Positions 28,711 to 40,634 of a stretch of DNA of 64,000 nt are shown one piece after another (the first letter of the stretch is position 1; the number at the start of each line of letters is the position of its first letter). The notes under the pieces are model-generated. The model worked only from the letters and a program-made list of their open reading frames with translations, was not told where the DNA came from and did not search any database. The position numbers and the translations under genes are program-made. The stretch is taken from the NCBI GenBank assembly GCA_037445735.1, contig JBBIJY010000014.1:1-64000 (forward strand), read 5' to 3'. The stretch is from Armatimonadota bacterium. Lineage in GTDB: Bacteria; Armatimonadota; Fimbriimonadia; Fimbriimonadales; GBS-DC.

Positions 28711-29902
28711 CTCTGCGAACCTCCCTCAAGCGCACAATCGCGTCGATGAGCCGGTGTGCCGCGACGCGCTTGGGCAACAGCGGCAACGGCTCGATGCGCC
28801 CGTCCGCGTAGAGCAAAGTGAGCCGATTGGTGTCCACCTCGAAACCGCTCTCTGGCTCCAGCACATCGTTGACGGCGATCAGGTCAAGCCCCTTCTGAAG
28901 CAGCTTCTGATGGGCGTGTTCAAGCGCCTTATCGGTCTCGGCGGCGAAGCCTATTAGCAGCCGATGCCCTTTGCGCGGGGCGACCGTGCCCAGAATGTCG
29001 GGGTTCGGTACAAGGCGCAGATGCCAGACGCGGTTGTCCCGCCTGCGCTTACGCGGATAGACCCGTTCCGGACGATAGTCAGCGACCGCCGCGACGCTGA
29101 TGAATAGATCGCAGCGCTCAAACTGTTCCAGCACCGCCTGCAACATCTGCTCGGCGGTCTGCACGCGGATCAGCTTCACGCCAGCGGGCGGCTGGAGCGC
29201 GGTCGGACCTGAGATCAGCACCACATCGGCGCCGCGCTCGGCAGCCGCTTGCGCCACCGCGTAGCCCATCTTGCCGCTGGAGCGGTTGCCAATAAAGCGC
29301 ACGGGATCAATCGGCTCATAAGTTGGACCGGCGGTCACCAGCACGCGAACGCCGTTGAGTTCACCGGTGCGGTGCAGGCGTTGTTCAACCGCCTCGATGA
29401 TGGTCGGCGTGTCGGCGATTTTGCCCCAGCCTTCGTCGCCACACGCCATAATGCCGTAGGTGGGATCGATGAACTCCACACCGCGCGCCTGCAGGGTCTG
29501 CACATGGAGCTGGGTGGCGGGATGCGTCCACATAGCGGGGTTCATCGCGGGCGCAATCAGGATCGGTGCGCGGGTCGCCAGCGCGATGGTGGTCAGCATA
29601 TCGTCCGCCAGCCCCAGCGCGAGGCGGGCAATCGTGTGCGCGGTGGCAGGCGCGATCAGCATCAGATTGGCATCCTGCGCCAGACGGATATGCGCGATCT
29701 GACCGGGCCAGGGTTCATCGAAGGTGTCGACTGTAACAGGGTTGCCGGTGAGCGCGGCGAAGGTGGCAGGAGCAATCAGGCGGGTGGCATGGGGGGTCAT
29801 CACCGCATGCACGGTATGTCCGCGATGCATCAGCTCCCGCGCCACATCGCACGCCCGATATGCCGCCACACTGCCACAGACACCCAGCAGAATCTGCGCC
29901 AC
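28703..29902 (-). CDS. coaBC: Phosphopantothenoylcysteine decarboxylase/ligase
   Basis: GSVAAYRA, APATA, APAMN..M, ACGDEGWGK, VTAGPT.E.IDPVRFIGNRSSGKMG and GFAAET motifs. Confidence 0.96.
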   Translation of the reverse strand: MAQILLGVCGSVAAYRACDVARELMHRGHTVHAVMTPHATRLIAPATFAALTGNPVTVDTFDEPWPGQIAHIRLAQDANLMLIAPATAHTIARLALGLADDMLTTIALATRAPILIAPAMNPAMWTHPATQLHVQTLQARGVEFIDPTYGIMACGDEGWGKIADTPTIIEAVEQRLHRTGELNGVRVLVTAGPTYEPIDPVRFIGNRSSGKMGYAVAQAAAERGADVVLISGPTALQPPAGVKLIRVQTAEQMLQAVLEQFERCDLFISVAAVADYRPERVYPRKRRRDNRVWHLRLVPNPDILGTVAPRKGHRLLIGFAAETDKALEHAHQKLLQKGLDLIAVNDVLEPESGFEVDTNRLTLLYADGRIEPLPLLPKRVAAHRLIDAIVRLREVRRGE

Positions 29903-29960
29903 ACAGAGATTGTACCCTCTATCGTCAAACCGAAGGCTTCCGGGATTGGTTTGCGCCCCA

Positions 29961-30080
29961 ACCCCTGAGGCTGTTCGAAAAAAAAATCGCTGGCATCATA
30001 TCTGCCTGTGTGAAGCCCCCTCACCCGTACCCTCTCCCCCGCCTGCGGGGGAGAGGGGTTTAGCTGCTCCCTCTCCCAAC
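29961..30080. mobile_element. Truncated copy of the REP-carrying MITE
   Basis: acccctgaggctgttcgaaaaa end, a spacer similar to 6252-6271, then gtgaagccccctcacccgtaccctctcccccgc identical to about 6272. Confidence 0.65.
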
Positions 30081-30082
30081 CC

Positions 30083-30770
30083 CTGAGGCTGTTCGAAAAA
30101 TCGCTGATGTCTGCCACACCCAAAGCCATACCCAAAAACCACCCCCGCCCACATTCACCAACTTCACCCTGTTCCACAACACCCACATCCCCACACCCAA
30201 CGACGCGCCTGCACCCCCGAACGACACTCCACATAACTCCCATACGCCCCCTTGAGATTCCCAAACACCGGCTCAATCCGATATCGCGCTCGCAACGCCC
30301 ACCCATACCGCCCCAAACGCCCTAACGCCCGCACCCGCGCACCCGCACGCCCCTGCTGACGCCCACTCGGCTCGCCCCGCACCACAGGCGCCCATCCCAC
30401 CCGCCCTACCTGCTCCAGCAACCGCGCCCGATACCCGTACAACTTATCCCCTACCAACAACGCCCCCACCCCCACCACACCCGCCCCCTATGCCCGTAGC
30501 CACGCCCCCAACCAACGCCCCTCATCCGCATACGCGCCTCCCAGCGACGCCCCCACGACCCACACCACGCCCCCTTGCCCGTACCCCAAGCGGGGGGCGT
30601 CCGCGTCAGGGTGGCATGGGATGTTCTTGGGTGAACTGCTGGGCGAGGCGGAGCATGTGTTGGACGCTGAGGGTGGCAAGGGTTGCCAGCAGGGTGCGTG
30701 TGTTGGATTGGGTTTTGGCGTGCATAGGGGAGAGGATACCCTACTCAGAGGATTTTTCGAACACCCTCAG
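30083..30770 (-). mobile_element. Degenerate IS element (IS4/IS5-type DDE transposase remnant) with terminal inverted repeats
   Basis: IRs ctgaggctgttcgaaaaatc and gatttttcgaacaccctcag. The minus-strand fragment 30164-30478 has GDKLYG and R.RIEPVFGNLK, a DDE C-terminal signature. Strong C-skewed composition. Confidence 0.8.
30164..30725 (-). pseudogene. Transposase pseudogene (stop codons/frameshifts, probable internal deletion)
   Basis: Only fragments are open. An N-terminal RGRPP motif follows a TGA near 30608, and the whole is far shorter than a DDE transposase. Confidence 0.7.
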
Positions 30771-30970
30771 GGGGTATTCTAAATGCGCCAACAGATCGAT
30801 ACCACCCCCCACTCCTCCACAGCCTCTACCCCTCCTTGCAAAAAGGGGGCGCACCTCCTGTAGAATCGCTCTACCAAACCGCACTCCAGGAGGCACACCC
30901 AGAAGGGATGTTTTGTGCTCCCAGGCTTTGTTCATCGGCAGGTTCTGTTTTAATCGCTGGAGCGATGATT

Positions 30971-31630
30971 CTAATCCCCGCAACGAATAGTAAGATGGAG
31001 CAGGGGTTCATCGGGGAATACTCTGTGAGCTGGAGCACGCGATTCCAGAAACAGGTCGCAATAGGCGGTTTTGAGCGTGTTGAAGTCGCGCTCGGTGATT
31101 TGCAGTGGGATGCCCGAAGTGAAGGTGGGGTACATCATATCGGCAGGGTTGTCGCTGTGCCCGCCGATGCCCAGCGCGTGCCCGAACTCGTGCGCCGCCA
31201 CGCTCCGTATATCCACCGCGCTGTTGCCCTTAACGCCAATCGAAACCTCCGCCCGCACCAGCAAGCCGTTGGAACGATAGGTGTATCGGGTCAAGCCGTC
31301 GCGCGTGCCGGGATTAAAGCGTACCACCACCTGCGCATTTTCAGTGCTCTCCACCACCACATAGCGGATTCTCAGCCCGCTATACTCCACCCACTGGTCG
31401 AACCCCTCCTGTGCGATCGCCTGACGGACAGGCGTGTAGCTCTCATCTTTGACGAAGGCGACGCTGATGGGAAAGCCGTTCCAGTGCAGTAACCGCTCCA
31501 GTTTCGGCACATAGTTCGGCGTGAAAGTCTCGGCGGTGCAGACCGCCTGTTGACCTGTCTGCACCCCACCACACGCGCCAAGACCAAGTGCCAGCGCGAC
31601 CAGCAGCCCATAAAGCCATCGCTTCTGCAT
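30971..31630 (-). CDS. Matrixin-like zinc metalloprotease lipoprotein
   Basis: Lipobox [16 protein letters not shown] zinc motif, and Met-turn DMMYP. Confidence 0.88.
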   Translation of the reverse strand: MQKRWLYGLLVALALGLGACGGVQTGQQAVCTAETFTPNYVPKLERLLHWNGFPISVAFVKDESYTPVRQAIAQEGFDQWVEYSGLRIRYVVVESTENAQVVVRFNPGTRDGLTRYTYRSNGLLVRAEVSIGVKGNSAVDIRSVAAHEFGHALGIGGHSDNPADMMYPTFTSGIPLQITERDFNTLKTAYCDLFLESRAPAHRVFPDEPLLHLTIRCGD

Positions 31631-31696
31631 CGGCATCTCACCTCTCATTTTGGGCATCAGGACAGGTATAATGTACCCTACAGGGAGGCGAAAGCG

Positions 31697-31911
31697 ATGA
31701 AATCGGGCATCCATCCGAAGTATGTGATGGCGACGGTTCACTGCGCGTGTGGCAACACCTTCCAGACGCTATCGACGAAAGAGGAGATACGGCTGGAGGT
31801 GTGTGCGGCGTGCCATCCCGTGTTTACGGGCGAGGGCACGCGCCGCGTGGTGGACACCGAAGGGCGCGTGGAGCGCTTCATGCGCAAATATCAAAACTAC
31901 GGGAAGCAGGG

Positions 31912-31915
<4 letters not shown>
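31697..31915 (+). CDS. rpmE: 50S ribosomal protein L31 (zinc-binding type)
   Basis: MKSGIHPKY...CACGNTF...[12 protein letters not shown]...DTEGRVERF. Confidence 0.97.
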
Positions 31916-32898
<983 letters not shown>

Positions 32899-33821
32899 GG
32901 CGCTGTTCCGCGTCGGGTTCCGAGAAGATGTGGTCGGCGTCGGGGATAGGACGGAACTCGAACGGGCGCGCCTGCCCGAAGGCGCTCTCATAGGCGCGAC
33001 CCTCCTGGGGGCTGACGGCGGTATCCGCCGTGCCGTGCAGCACCAGCACCGCGCCCCTGTATGTCCGCACCGCCTCCAGCGGCTTCAGTTCGGGCAACTC
33101 CTTATAGAACGCGACGCCCACACGATTGCCCCCGATATTGACGGTCTTATCGGGCACGCCCGCTGGCGGCATCCAGCGCATCGGGTTCGACACGGGCGCC
33201 CACAGCACAACGGCTTTAATGTCGCCCGCGCGGGGCAGGCAGAGCGCCGCCACGCACCCACCCAGTGAGAAGCCCAGCAGCCCGATTCGGGCGGTGTCCA
33301 CGCGCCGCTGCGCCCGCAGGAACGCCAGCGCGTTCAGCGCGTCCTCCACCTCGCCCCGAATCGTCATCTGCTCGAACTCGCCCTCGCTATCGCCCGAACC
33401 GAGAAAATCGAAGCGCAAGGCGATGAAACCCGCTGTCGTGAGGCGCCGCGCCGTCTGCACAAACAGCCGATGGGTCTCCGCTTTGTTCCCTGTGAAGCCG
33501 TGTAGCATCAACACCGCAGGCGCGCGTCGGCGTCCATCGGGCAGATGGAGCACGCTTGCCATCCGCTGACCCCGACTGGCTATCCACAGCAACCGCTCGT
33601 CCATCCCATGCAGGATACCTTCCCGCACCCTCTCAATCAACCCGTTTCCTTCCGGGGTAAGAGCGTTCGTTCAGCCCGCTCCCCGCGCTTCAGGTCGTGC
33701 AGCGGGCACCTCCTCACGAGGACACTCGCGTGTGTCCACTCATGTGGTAGCCGCACCCCCGCCCTTAGACCGCCTGTTTTACCTGCAGGAGAAGCTGTAC
33801 CCTCCGCGAATCGGACCTTTG

Positions 33822-36800
33822 ATGAATTCACAGCGTGCAGGCAGCAACCTTCGGCAGCATGCGCGGTTCACATGGCAATGGGGTATGGGTTTGTTGATAG
33901 GGGCTATCGCTCAGGTTCAGCCGCCTCCGCCCGCCGACTGGCAGCCCGGCGAGGGGCAGACCTTCACCCGACACGAGGTGTTCATCGAGACCCGCTCCAG
34001 CGAGCTGCCCAATCAGCCGCCGATGCTGACCCGTTTTGACCGAATCGTGCTGGGCGTGAAGGGCACGGGCAACGATATGAGCTGGTGGCGCAACACGCGC
34101 CTGAAGCTTCAGCCGAACCGCGCCTATGCCGTCGAGTTCTGGCTGAAGGGCAGCGGCAACGGCGTCTGCGCCATCACAGGCACCAGCACGGTCAATCGCG
34201 ACATGACGCCGCCTGCCGACTGGGAGCGACGCCAGTTCATCTTCCGCACGCCCGCCGACACGCGCGACACCTTCCTGCGCTTCGGGCAGTGGCACTGGAA
34301 CGGCGAGGTTCTGTTCGACCGCATCGTGCTGATGCCTGTGGAGATTGTGCATGCGGCGCTGGGCGAGGGCGAAACGGTGCGCGACGGGCGCTATCGCTTC
34401 GTCTCCCGCTATGACCAGCGGCTGTCCAACGCGCAGGCGCCCCTGCAACGCTTCACCGCCTTCTTCAACACCAACCGCTGGGTGTTCAGCCCGAATCAGG
34501 AGGTGGTCTACCGCCATCAGGCAGCCCGATACACCATGCGGAGCGCGACGCTCTGGCTGAATGTGCCGTTTGAGCAGGGCGGTCGGCTGAGCGTTCAGGC
34601 GGGGCGCGAGGACGGCAACTGGCGCATCGTGGGCACGATCAGCGGGCGTGGCGAGCATCGAATCGAGCTGCCCGCCGAACTGTTTCCGACGCCCCTGCTG
34701 TTTGTTCGCCTGCTAACGCAGGAGGGCGGCACAATCCAGGTAGACCGCTATGTGCTGGAGGCGGAGCTGGAGGGCGCGGGACGCGCCACGCTCACGGGCA
34801 AAAGCCTCGTGCTGTTCCCCACGGTTCAGAACCGCCTGCTGACCGTCACTGACCTCCGGCTGGAACGCGATGGCAGCGGGCAGTGGTGGCTGACGGGTAC
34901 TGCCACCAGCGCAGGGACGCAACCCCTGCGTGTGGAGCCGTATGTCGGCACGGAACGCGCCGCCATGCTCACGCTCCCACCGAACAAGCCCATGCCCATT
35001 CGCTTCCGGCTGCCGCCAGCGCGGCTGGAAACGATCCAGCTGGAGCTGGGCTTGCGGCGCGAGCGTGGTAGACCGCTCTGGCAGGTGAAGCTTGAGCTGG
35101 AGCCGAGCATTCTGGGCGCGGCGCACTACGGCTATCGGCTGGCGGGCACGCCTGCCGAGCTGGGCGTCTGGTGGTGCGAGTGGGGCTGGAAGGTGGGACG
35201 CGAGCGTCCCCTGCCCGATGCGACCGCCCGCGCCGTGCGCCTGAGCGCCGCACGCGGCGAGTATGAACCCGTGCAGATCGTTCTGCGCCCCCGCAGGGAT
35301 ACAACCCTCCAGCGCGTGGAGATCGGCGATCTCACGCGCGGCAAGAATCGGCTCCCTGCGAAGCAGCTCACCCTGCGCGAGGTTGCCTATGTGCGCGTGG
35401 AGCATCCGACCGACGGGCTGGGCGAGCCAGGCGACTATCCGGACCCGCTGCCACCGCTCAAAACACCCCTGCGCCTGACGGCGGAGCGCAATCAGCCGCT
35501 CTGGTTCACCGTCTATGTGCCCTACGGCACGCCTGCAGGCGACTACAGGGGCACGCTCCGCCTCATCACCGACAGGGGCACAGCAACCATCCCTCTGCAG
35601 CTGACCGTTTATGACTTTGACCTGCCGCGCACGCCTACCCTGCGCAGCGGGTTCGGCATCGATGCCCGACGCATCGAGCAGTATCACAAGCCGCGCACTG
35701 AAGCCGAGAAGCGCGAGCTGTGGGATCGCTATATGCGCTGTTTTCGGGAGCATCGGCTCGTGCCCTACAGCTTCTATGCCTATGACCCGTACGAGGTGCG
35801 CTTCGAGGGCGAGGGCGACGGGCGGCGCGTGGTGCTGGACTTCACGCGCTTCGACCGCGCCGCCCGGCGCTACCTGGACGAGTTCGGCTTCAACGCCTTC
35901 GTGCTGCCCATTCACGGCTTGCCTGGCGGACGCCACCCGAACTATTCGCCGGGCGAGTTCGGTGGCTTTCGGGAGGGCACGCCCGACTATGAGCGACTCT
36001 GGAGCGACTACCTGCGCCAGCTGGAGGCACACCTGCGCGAGCGCGGCTGGCTCAAAAAAGCCTATCTCTACTGGTTCGACGAACCCGAAACCGCCGACTA
36101 TGCTTTCGTGCGGCGCGTGAACGAGAAGATCAAGCGTGTCGCGCCCGGTCTCACGCGCATGCTGACGGAACAGCCCGAAGAGGCACTGATGGGCGCGGTC
36201 GATCTGTGGTGCCCGCTGACCGCCTTCGTGCATCCCGAATCGATTCGGGAGCGGCGTCGGGCGGGCGAGGAGATCTGGTGGTATGTCTGCACGGGTCCAC
36301 GCGCGCCCTACGCCACGCTCTTTATCGACCATCCGGGCACCGAGATGCGCGTCTGGCTCTGGCAGACATGGCAATATGGCGTGCAGGGGGTTCTCATCTG
36401 GCAGACCACATGGTGGCATAACGAGTTCGCCTATCCCGACAGGTTACAGGACCCGTGGCAGGACCCGATGAGCTATGTGTGGGACGCGAGCCTGAAGCCG
36501 GGCACGCGCCTGTTCTGGGGCAACGGTGACGGGCGACTGCTCTATCCGCCGCGCCGCGACCCCAACCGCGCGAGCGAACCCGCGATTGAAGACCCCATCC
36601 CCTCCATCCGCTGGGAGTGCCTGCGCGACGGCGCGGAGGATTATGAATATTTTGCTCTGCTGGAGCGGCTCTGCGACGCGCTGGAGCGCCGGGGCGCACC
36701 CGCGGAGCTGGTTCAGGAGGCGCGGTCGCTCTTACAGGTTCCGCCCGATGTGTCGCGCAGCCTGACCGAGTTCACCTGCGACCCGCGCCCGCTTCTTCGC

Positions 36801-36854
36801 CACCGCGACCGCCTCGCCCGAATGATTGAACGGTTGCAGGCGATTGTGAGCTAA
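33822..36854 (+). CDS. Large secreted glycoside hydrolase-like protein (DUF4091/GH123-like) with N-terminal CBM-like domains
   Basis: AARGEYEPVQIV, YPDPLPP, NQPLWFTVYVP, YWFDEP, WWYVC, GNGDGRLLYPP and SIRWECLRDGAEDYEY motifs. Start uncertain (33732-33885). Confidence 0.78.
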   Translation: MNSQRAGSNLRQHARFTWQWGMGLLIGAIAQVQPPPPADWQPGEGQTFTRHEVFIETRSSELPNQPPMLTRFDRIVLGVKGTGNDMSWWRNTRLKLQPNRAYAVEFWLKGSGNGVCAITGTSTVNRDMTPPADWERRQFIFRTPADTRDTFLRFGQWHWNGEVLFDRIVLMPVEIVHAALGEGETVRDGRYRFVSRYDQRLSNAQAPLQRFTAFFNTNRWVFSPNQEVVYRHQAARYTMRSATLWLNVPFEQGGRLSVQAGREDGNWRIVGTISGRGEHRIELPAELFPTPLLFVRLLTQEGGTIQVDRYVLEAELEGAGRATLTGKSLVLFPTVQNRLLTVTDLRLERDGSGQWWLTGTATSAGTQPLRVEPYVGTERAAMLTLPPNKPMPIRFRLPPARLETIQLELGLRRERGRPLWQVKLELEPSILGAAHYGYRLAGTPAELGVWWCEWGWKVGRERPLPDATARAVRLSAARGEYEPVQIVLRPRRDTTLQRVEIGDLTRGKNRLPAKQLTLREVAYVRVEHPTDGLGEPGDYPDPLPPLKTPLRLTAERNQPLWFTVYVPYGTPAGDYRGTLRLITDRGTATIPLQLTVYDFDLPRTPTLRSGFGIDARRIEQYHKPRTEAEKRELWDRYMRCFREHRLVPYSFYAYDPYEVRFEGEGDGRRVVLDFTRFDRAARRYLDEFGFNAFVLPIHGLPGGRHPNYSPGEFGGFREGTPDYERLWSDYLRQLEAHLRERGWLKKAYLYWFDEPETADYAFVRRVNEKIKRVAPGLTRMLTEQPEEALMGAVDLWCPLTAFVHPESIRERRRAGEEIWWYVCTGPRAPYATLFIDHPGTEMRVWLWQTWQYGVQGVLIWQTTWWHNEFAYPDRLQDPWQDPMSYVWDASLKPGTRLFWGNGDGRLLYPPRRDPNRASEPAIEDPIPSIRWECLRDGAEDYEYFALLERLCDALERRGAPAELVQEARSLLQVPPDVSRSLTEFTCDPRPLLRHRDRLARMIERLQAIVS

Positions 36855-36863
36855 GCGTTTTAC

Positions 36864-38330
36864 TCACTCACCCAGTCGTTTCAGGTTGGCGCGAGCCTCT
36901 TCGAAGCGGGCGTCGAGGGCGAGCGCCTGGCGATACATCGTTCTGGCTTTCGCGATGTCGCCTTTGCGTTCATAGGCGGCGCCGAGGTTATTGAGCGCGA
37001 CGGGCGATTTCGGGTTCAGGCTCACTGCCTTCTCCAGCGCCCGGATTGCCTCGTTCACACGATTGGTGCGCAACAGCACCAGTCCCAGGTTGTTCCAGGC
37101 GACATCGGAGCGGTCGTTGATTTGAATCGCGGCGCGATACTGGGCTTCGGCGCCTTTGAGGTCGCCCGATTCCATCAGCAGGTCGCCCAGCGCGAGTCGG
37201 GCTTCGAACTGCTGGGGGTTCGCCGCCAGCACCTGCCGATAGAGGCGCATCGCCTCCTCTTTCTGACCCTTGAGCCGTCGGGCAGTTGCCAGATTGAGGC
37301 GGGCATCGTTCAGCTTCGGGTTGCGCTCTAAAGCGGTCTCCAGCGTGGCGATGGCGTCGTCGAGCCGTCGCTGGCGCAGGTAGACGAAGCCGAGCTGCGC
37401 CAGCGCGTCGGTGTCGTCGGGGCGCAGGTTCAGCGTGTTCTGCAGGGCGCTCGCCGCGGCGCTCAGGTCGCCCCGCTGAAGGTACAGCACGCCCAGATTA
37501 TAGTGCAGATCGGGCTGGCTGGGATTGAGCGATATCGCCTTCTGCAGGGTCTGGATTGCCTTCGGCACCTGGTTGGTGCGCGTGTAGCACTCGGCGAGTT
37601 TGAGCCAGCCCGCCGAATCGCTGGGCAGTTTCGGCATCACACGCTCCAGCTCCGTCGCCGCCTCCTTGAAGCGCCGGAGTTCCGCCAGTGCCAGCGCGTA
37701 GTTATAACGGAAAGTGTGATTGCCCGGCTCCAGCTCAACTGCCTTGCGGTACATCTCCAGCGCACGGCTGGGCAACCGCTGCATCTGATACACATAGCCC
37801 AGATTGTTATAGGCGTTCGCATCGCGCGGCTGGAGCTTAATCGCCTGCTGATAATGCTGAATCGCCAGCTGGTACTGCTTCGTTTTGGTGTACAGGTTGG
37901 CAATATTGTAGTGCGCATCGGCGGAGTTCGGCTTGAGTTCCAGCGTCTTTTTATAGGCGTTAATGGCTTTCTCGATTTGACCTGTGTGCAGGTAGGCATT
38001 CCCGAGGTTGTTCCAGGCTTCCGCGCTGTTAGGAGTCAGTTGCACCGCCTTCTCCAGCACGGGCACCGCTTCGGCAGGCTTGCCCGCTTTCAAATAGAGG
38101 TAACCGAGCCAGTTGGCGACCGTCTTGTTCTGCGGCGCCCGCTGATAGAGCGCTTCAAACGCCTCAATCGCCTCCTGAATCTTGCCCTGATTGGCTAACT
38201 TGATCGCTTCGCCGACGCTGATCTGGTTCTCACGGGTGGCAGACTCCTGCGCGGAACCTGCGAGCGAGAGCGTGAAGCCACCCATAAGCAATAGAACTGC
38301 AACACTCCAACCCCAGACACTGGCTCGCAT
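36864..38330 (-). CDS. Secreted TPR-repeat protein
   Basis: Signal peptide after AGGAGG RBS, followed by many TPR units (AWNNLGNAY, AHYNIA, AYNNLGYVY). Confidence 0.92.
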   Translation of the reverse strand: MRASVWGWSVAVLLLMGGFTLSLAGSAQESATRENQISVGEAIKLANQGKIQEAIEAFEALYQRAPQNKTVANWLGYLYLKAGKPAEAVPVLEKAVQLTPNSAEAWNNLGNAYLHTGQIEKAINAYKKTLELKPNSADAHYNIANLYTKTKQYQLAIQHYQQAIKLQPRDANAYNNLGYVYQMQRLPSRALEMYRKAVELEPGNHTFRYNYALALAELRRFKEAATELERVMPKLPSDSAGWLKLAECYTRTNQVPKAIQTLQKAISLNPSQPDLHYNLGVLYLQRGDLSAAASALQNTLNLRPDDTDALAQLGFVYLRQRRLDDAIATLETALERNPKLNDARLNLATARRLKGQKEEAMRLYRQVLAANPQQFEARLALGDLLMESGDLKGAEAQYRAAIQINDRSDVAWNNLGLVLLRTNRVNEAIRALEKAVSLNPKSPVALNNLGAAYERKGDIAKARTMYRQALALDARFEEARANLKRLGE

Positions 38331-38391
38331 CTGAAAATCCTCCTGATCCTGTGGTGTTTGGACGGATTGAATTATACCCCTGTTCCGAGCG

Positions 38392-39327
38392 TCAGGGATA
38401 GACGACGATTTCCTCGCTGGTGTGGCTTCGGGCGCGGGCGAGGTAGCCTGTGCCGTCGGGCGTGCGCTCCCTGTGCGCCACGATGGACGACACACCTTCG
38501 GCGGACACATCGAACAGTTGCCCCACACCCATCGGGTTGACGCCTATCAGTTGAGGATGTCGCTGTGCGGCGGCGAGCAACCCATTCTCCCACGATTCGC
38601 GCTGTTCTCGGGTCCATGGCAGCGGGTTAAAGGAGGGTTGAGTAATGATGGGCACGCCCCGCTTGACCAGTGCGTCCACCAGCTCGTGGAAGAAGGCGTC
38701 GTAGCAGATCAGCACGCCGACTTTGCCAGCGGGGGTCTCAAACGGTTCGAGCTGGTCGCGTGGCGCAGGGCACAGGTTCAGACCCGCCTCCTGCTCCAGC
38801 GGCACAAGGTTCACCTTGCGCTGGATGAGAATCCGTTCGCCCGATGGGTTATACACATAGCAGGTGTTGAACACGCAGTCGCCGCTGGCGATGGGCGCAC
38901 TGCCCGCCACCAGGTAGCAGTGATAGGCGCGCGCCGCTTCCGAAAAGGTTTCGTGATAGACCCGCTCCACAAAGGGGCTGAGATGCGCCAGCAGTTTACG
39001 CACGGCGGTCGCGAAGGCGTTCGGCTGCCGTCCCAGCTCGCGGTCGCTGTAAGGGCTGATGCGGTACTTTTCCATCAGGCGGGCGCCCGCCTCCACCATC
39101 GTCTTGCTGGTACGCACCCGCTCAAAATCCTGAGTAAACAGCAGTCCCAGCCCCACATCTTCGGGGAAGACCACCAGCAACAGCTTCTGCGGCACGCGCT
39201 GGCGAGCCGCGCTGGTCAGCTCCAGCACGCGCTTGCGAAATGCCTCCCGACTGCTGTAATCGTCCAGCTTATACGCCATCTGAATCGCGGCAAACCCTGT
39301 ATCGTTCATCCATCGCCTCACTAACAT
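38392..39327 (-). CDS. Carbon-nitrogen hydrolase (nitrilase family)
   Basis: E-K-C triad motifs VVFPED, QRKVNL and LICYDAF. Confidence 0.85.
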   Translation of the reverse strand: MLVRRWMNDTGFAAIQMAYKLDDYSSREAFRKRVLELTSAARQRVPQKLLLVVFPEDVGLGLLFTQDFERVRTSKTMVEAGARLMEKYRISPYSDRELGRQPNAFATAVRKLLAHLSPFVERVYHETFSEAARAYHCYLVAGSAPIASGDCVFNTCYVYNPSGERILIQRKVNLVPLEQEAGLNLCPAPRDQLEPFETPAGKVGVLICYDAFFHELVDALVKRGVPIITQPSFNPLPWTREQRESWENGLLAAAQRHPQLIGVNPMGVGQLFDVSAEGVSSIVAHRERTPDGTGYLARARSHTSEEIVVYP

Positions 39328-39328
39328 G

Positions 39329-40576
39329 TTATTCTACCTCTGTTGCAGTTGTTTTGCGTTCGCTGGGCGTGCGTTGCAGGAAACAGAGGATAAAGCGCGT
39401 GCCCTTGCCTGGCTCCGTTTCCACATGGATGTGCCCGCCCATCTGCTGGACGATGCCGTGCACGGCAGCCAGCCCCAGCCCTGTGCCCTGCCCGAACGGC
39501 TTGGTGGTGAAAAACGGCTCAAAGATATGGGGCAGCACTTCAGGCGGAATGCCGCTGCCAGTGTCCACCACTTCCAGAATCACCCGTGCCTGACCGCTGC
39601 CGTTGCTGGTGCTGTCGCTTTCGCAGTAGCAGCGCTGACGGCGGTAGAGGCGGATGGTCAGCACGCCGCCTCTGGGCATCGCATCCCGCGCGTTGGTCAC
39701 CAGATTGAGCAGCACCTGCGTCATCTGGTCAGGGTCGGCATAGAGCGTGCCCACTTTCGGTTCGATATCGAACATCAAGCGGATATTATCGGGCAGCAGT
39801 CGCTGGAGCATATCGCTGATTTCGGTCAGCCAGCGGGCGATATCGAGGGGCACCGGCTGCGCGATCTGGCGGCGGGCATAAGCCAGCAGCTGGCGCACCA
39901 GCCCGGCAGCGCGCTCGCTCGCTTTCATCACCCCTTCCAGATAGCGGCGCACGCGCTCGTCGCTCGTGTGCTCCAGCGCCAGCTCCGCATAGCCCATAAT
40001 CGCCGTGAGCAGATTATTGAAATCGTGCGCCACACCGCCCGCCAGCCGCCCGATGCTCTCCAGCCGCTGAACCGCTGCCAGCTCCTCCTGAAGGCGTCGC
40101 AGCTCGGTGATGTCCGTCTGCACGCCCCACGCCCGCACGAGATACCCGTTTTCGACCACGCCCACCGCGCTATTCAGAAACCGTCGCTCCCTGCCGTCCC
40201 GATCCCGCTCCACGGTCTCCACATTCTCCAGGCGATAACCGTTCTGCACGAACTGGCGTAGCATCGCCTCATTCAGCGGATGCCCTGCCACCAGGCGGTC
40301 GCTCAGGCGCGTGCCGATAATCGGGGCTGGATCATCATAGCCATACATGCGGGCATAGGCGGGATTACATTCTGCCAGATAGCCGTAGCGCCAGATCCAC
40401 TCTATCTGTTCCTCCACTGGCAGGTCAATCGGGATGGGGCGTTCGGTTTCATAGCACCAGATGCCCTCATTTGCCAGCAGCAGGAAGGTGCGGTATCGCG
40501 CCACCTGCTGCTCCAGCTCCGCAATGCGGGCAAGCAGTTGTTGCCGCTCCACTTGCTGCTTCCGCTGAGAGCGCAT
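39329..40576 (-). CDS. PAS-domain sensor histidine kinase
   Basis: GRLAGGVAHDFNNLL, QVLLNLVTNARDAM, DTGSGI and FEPFFTTK..GQGTGLGL motifs. Confidence 0.92.
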   Translation of the reverse strand: MRSQRKQQVERQQLLARIAELEQQVARYRTFLLLANEGIWCYETERPIPIDLPVEEQIEWIWRYGYLAECNPAYARMYGYDDPAPIIGTRLSDRLVAGHPLNEAMLRQFVQNGYRLENVETVERDRDGRERRFLNSAVGVVENGYLVRAWGVQTDITELRRLQEELAAVQRLESIGRLAGGVAHDFNNLLTAIMGYAELALEHTSDERVRRYLEGVMKASERAAGLVRQLLAYARRQIAQPVPLDIARWLTEISDMLQRLLPDNIRLMFDIEPKVGTLYADPDQMTQVLLNLVTNARDAMPRGGVLTIRLYRRQRCYCESDSTSNGSGQARVILEVVDTGSGIPPEVLPHIFEPFFTTKPFGQGTGLGLAAVHGIVQQMGGHIHVETEPGKGTRFILCFLQRTPSERKTTATEVE

Positions 40577-40634
40577 GGCTGTGCCTGAAGAGTTAGATTC
40601 GCGTTTTCGCCTGAAGTTCCTGCCCTGACGCGGA

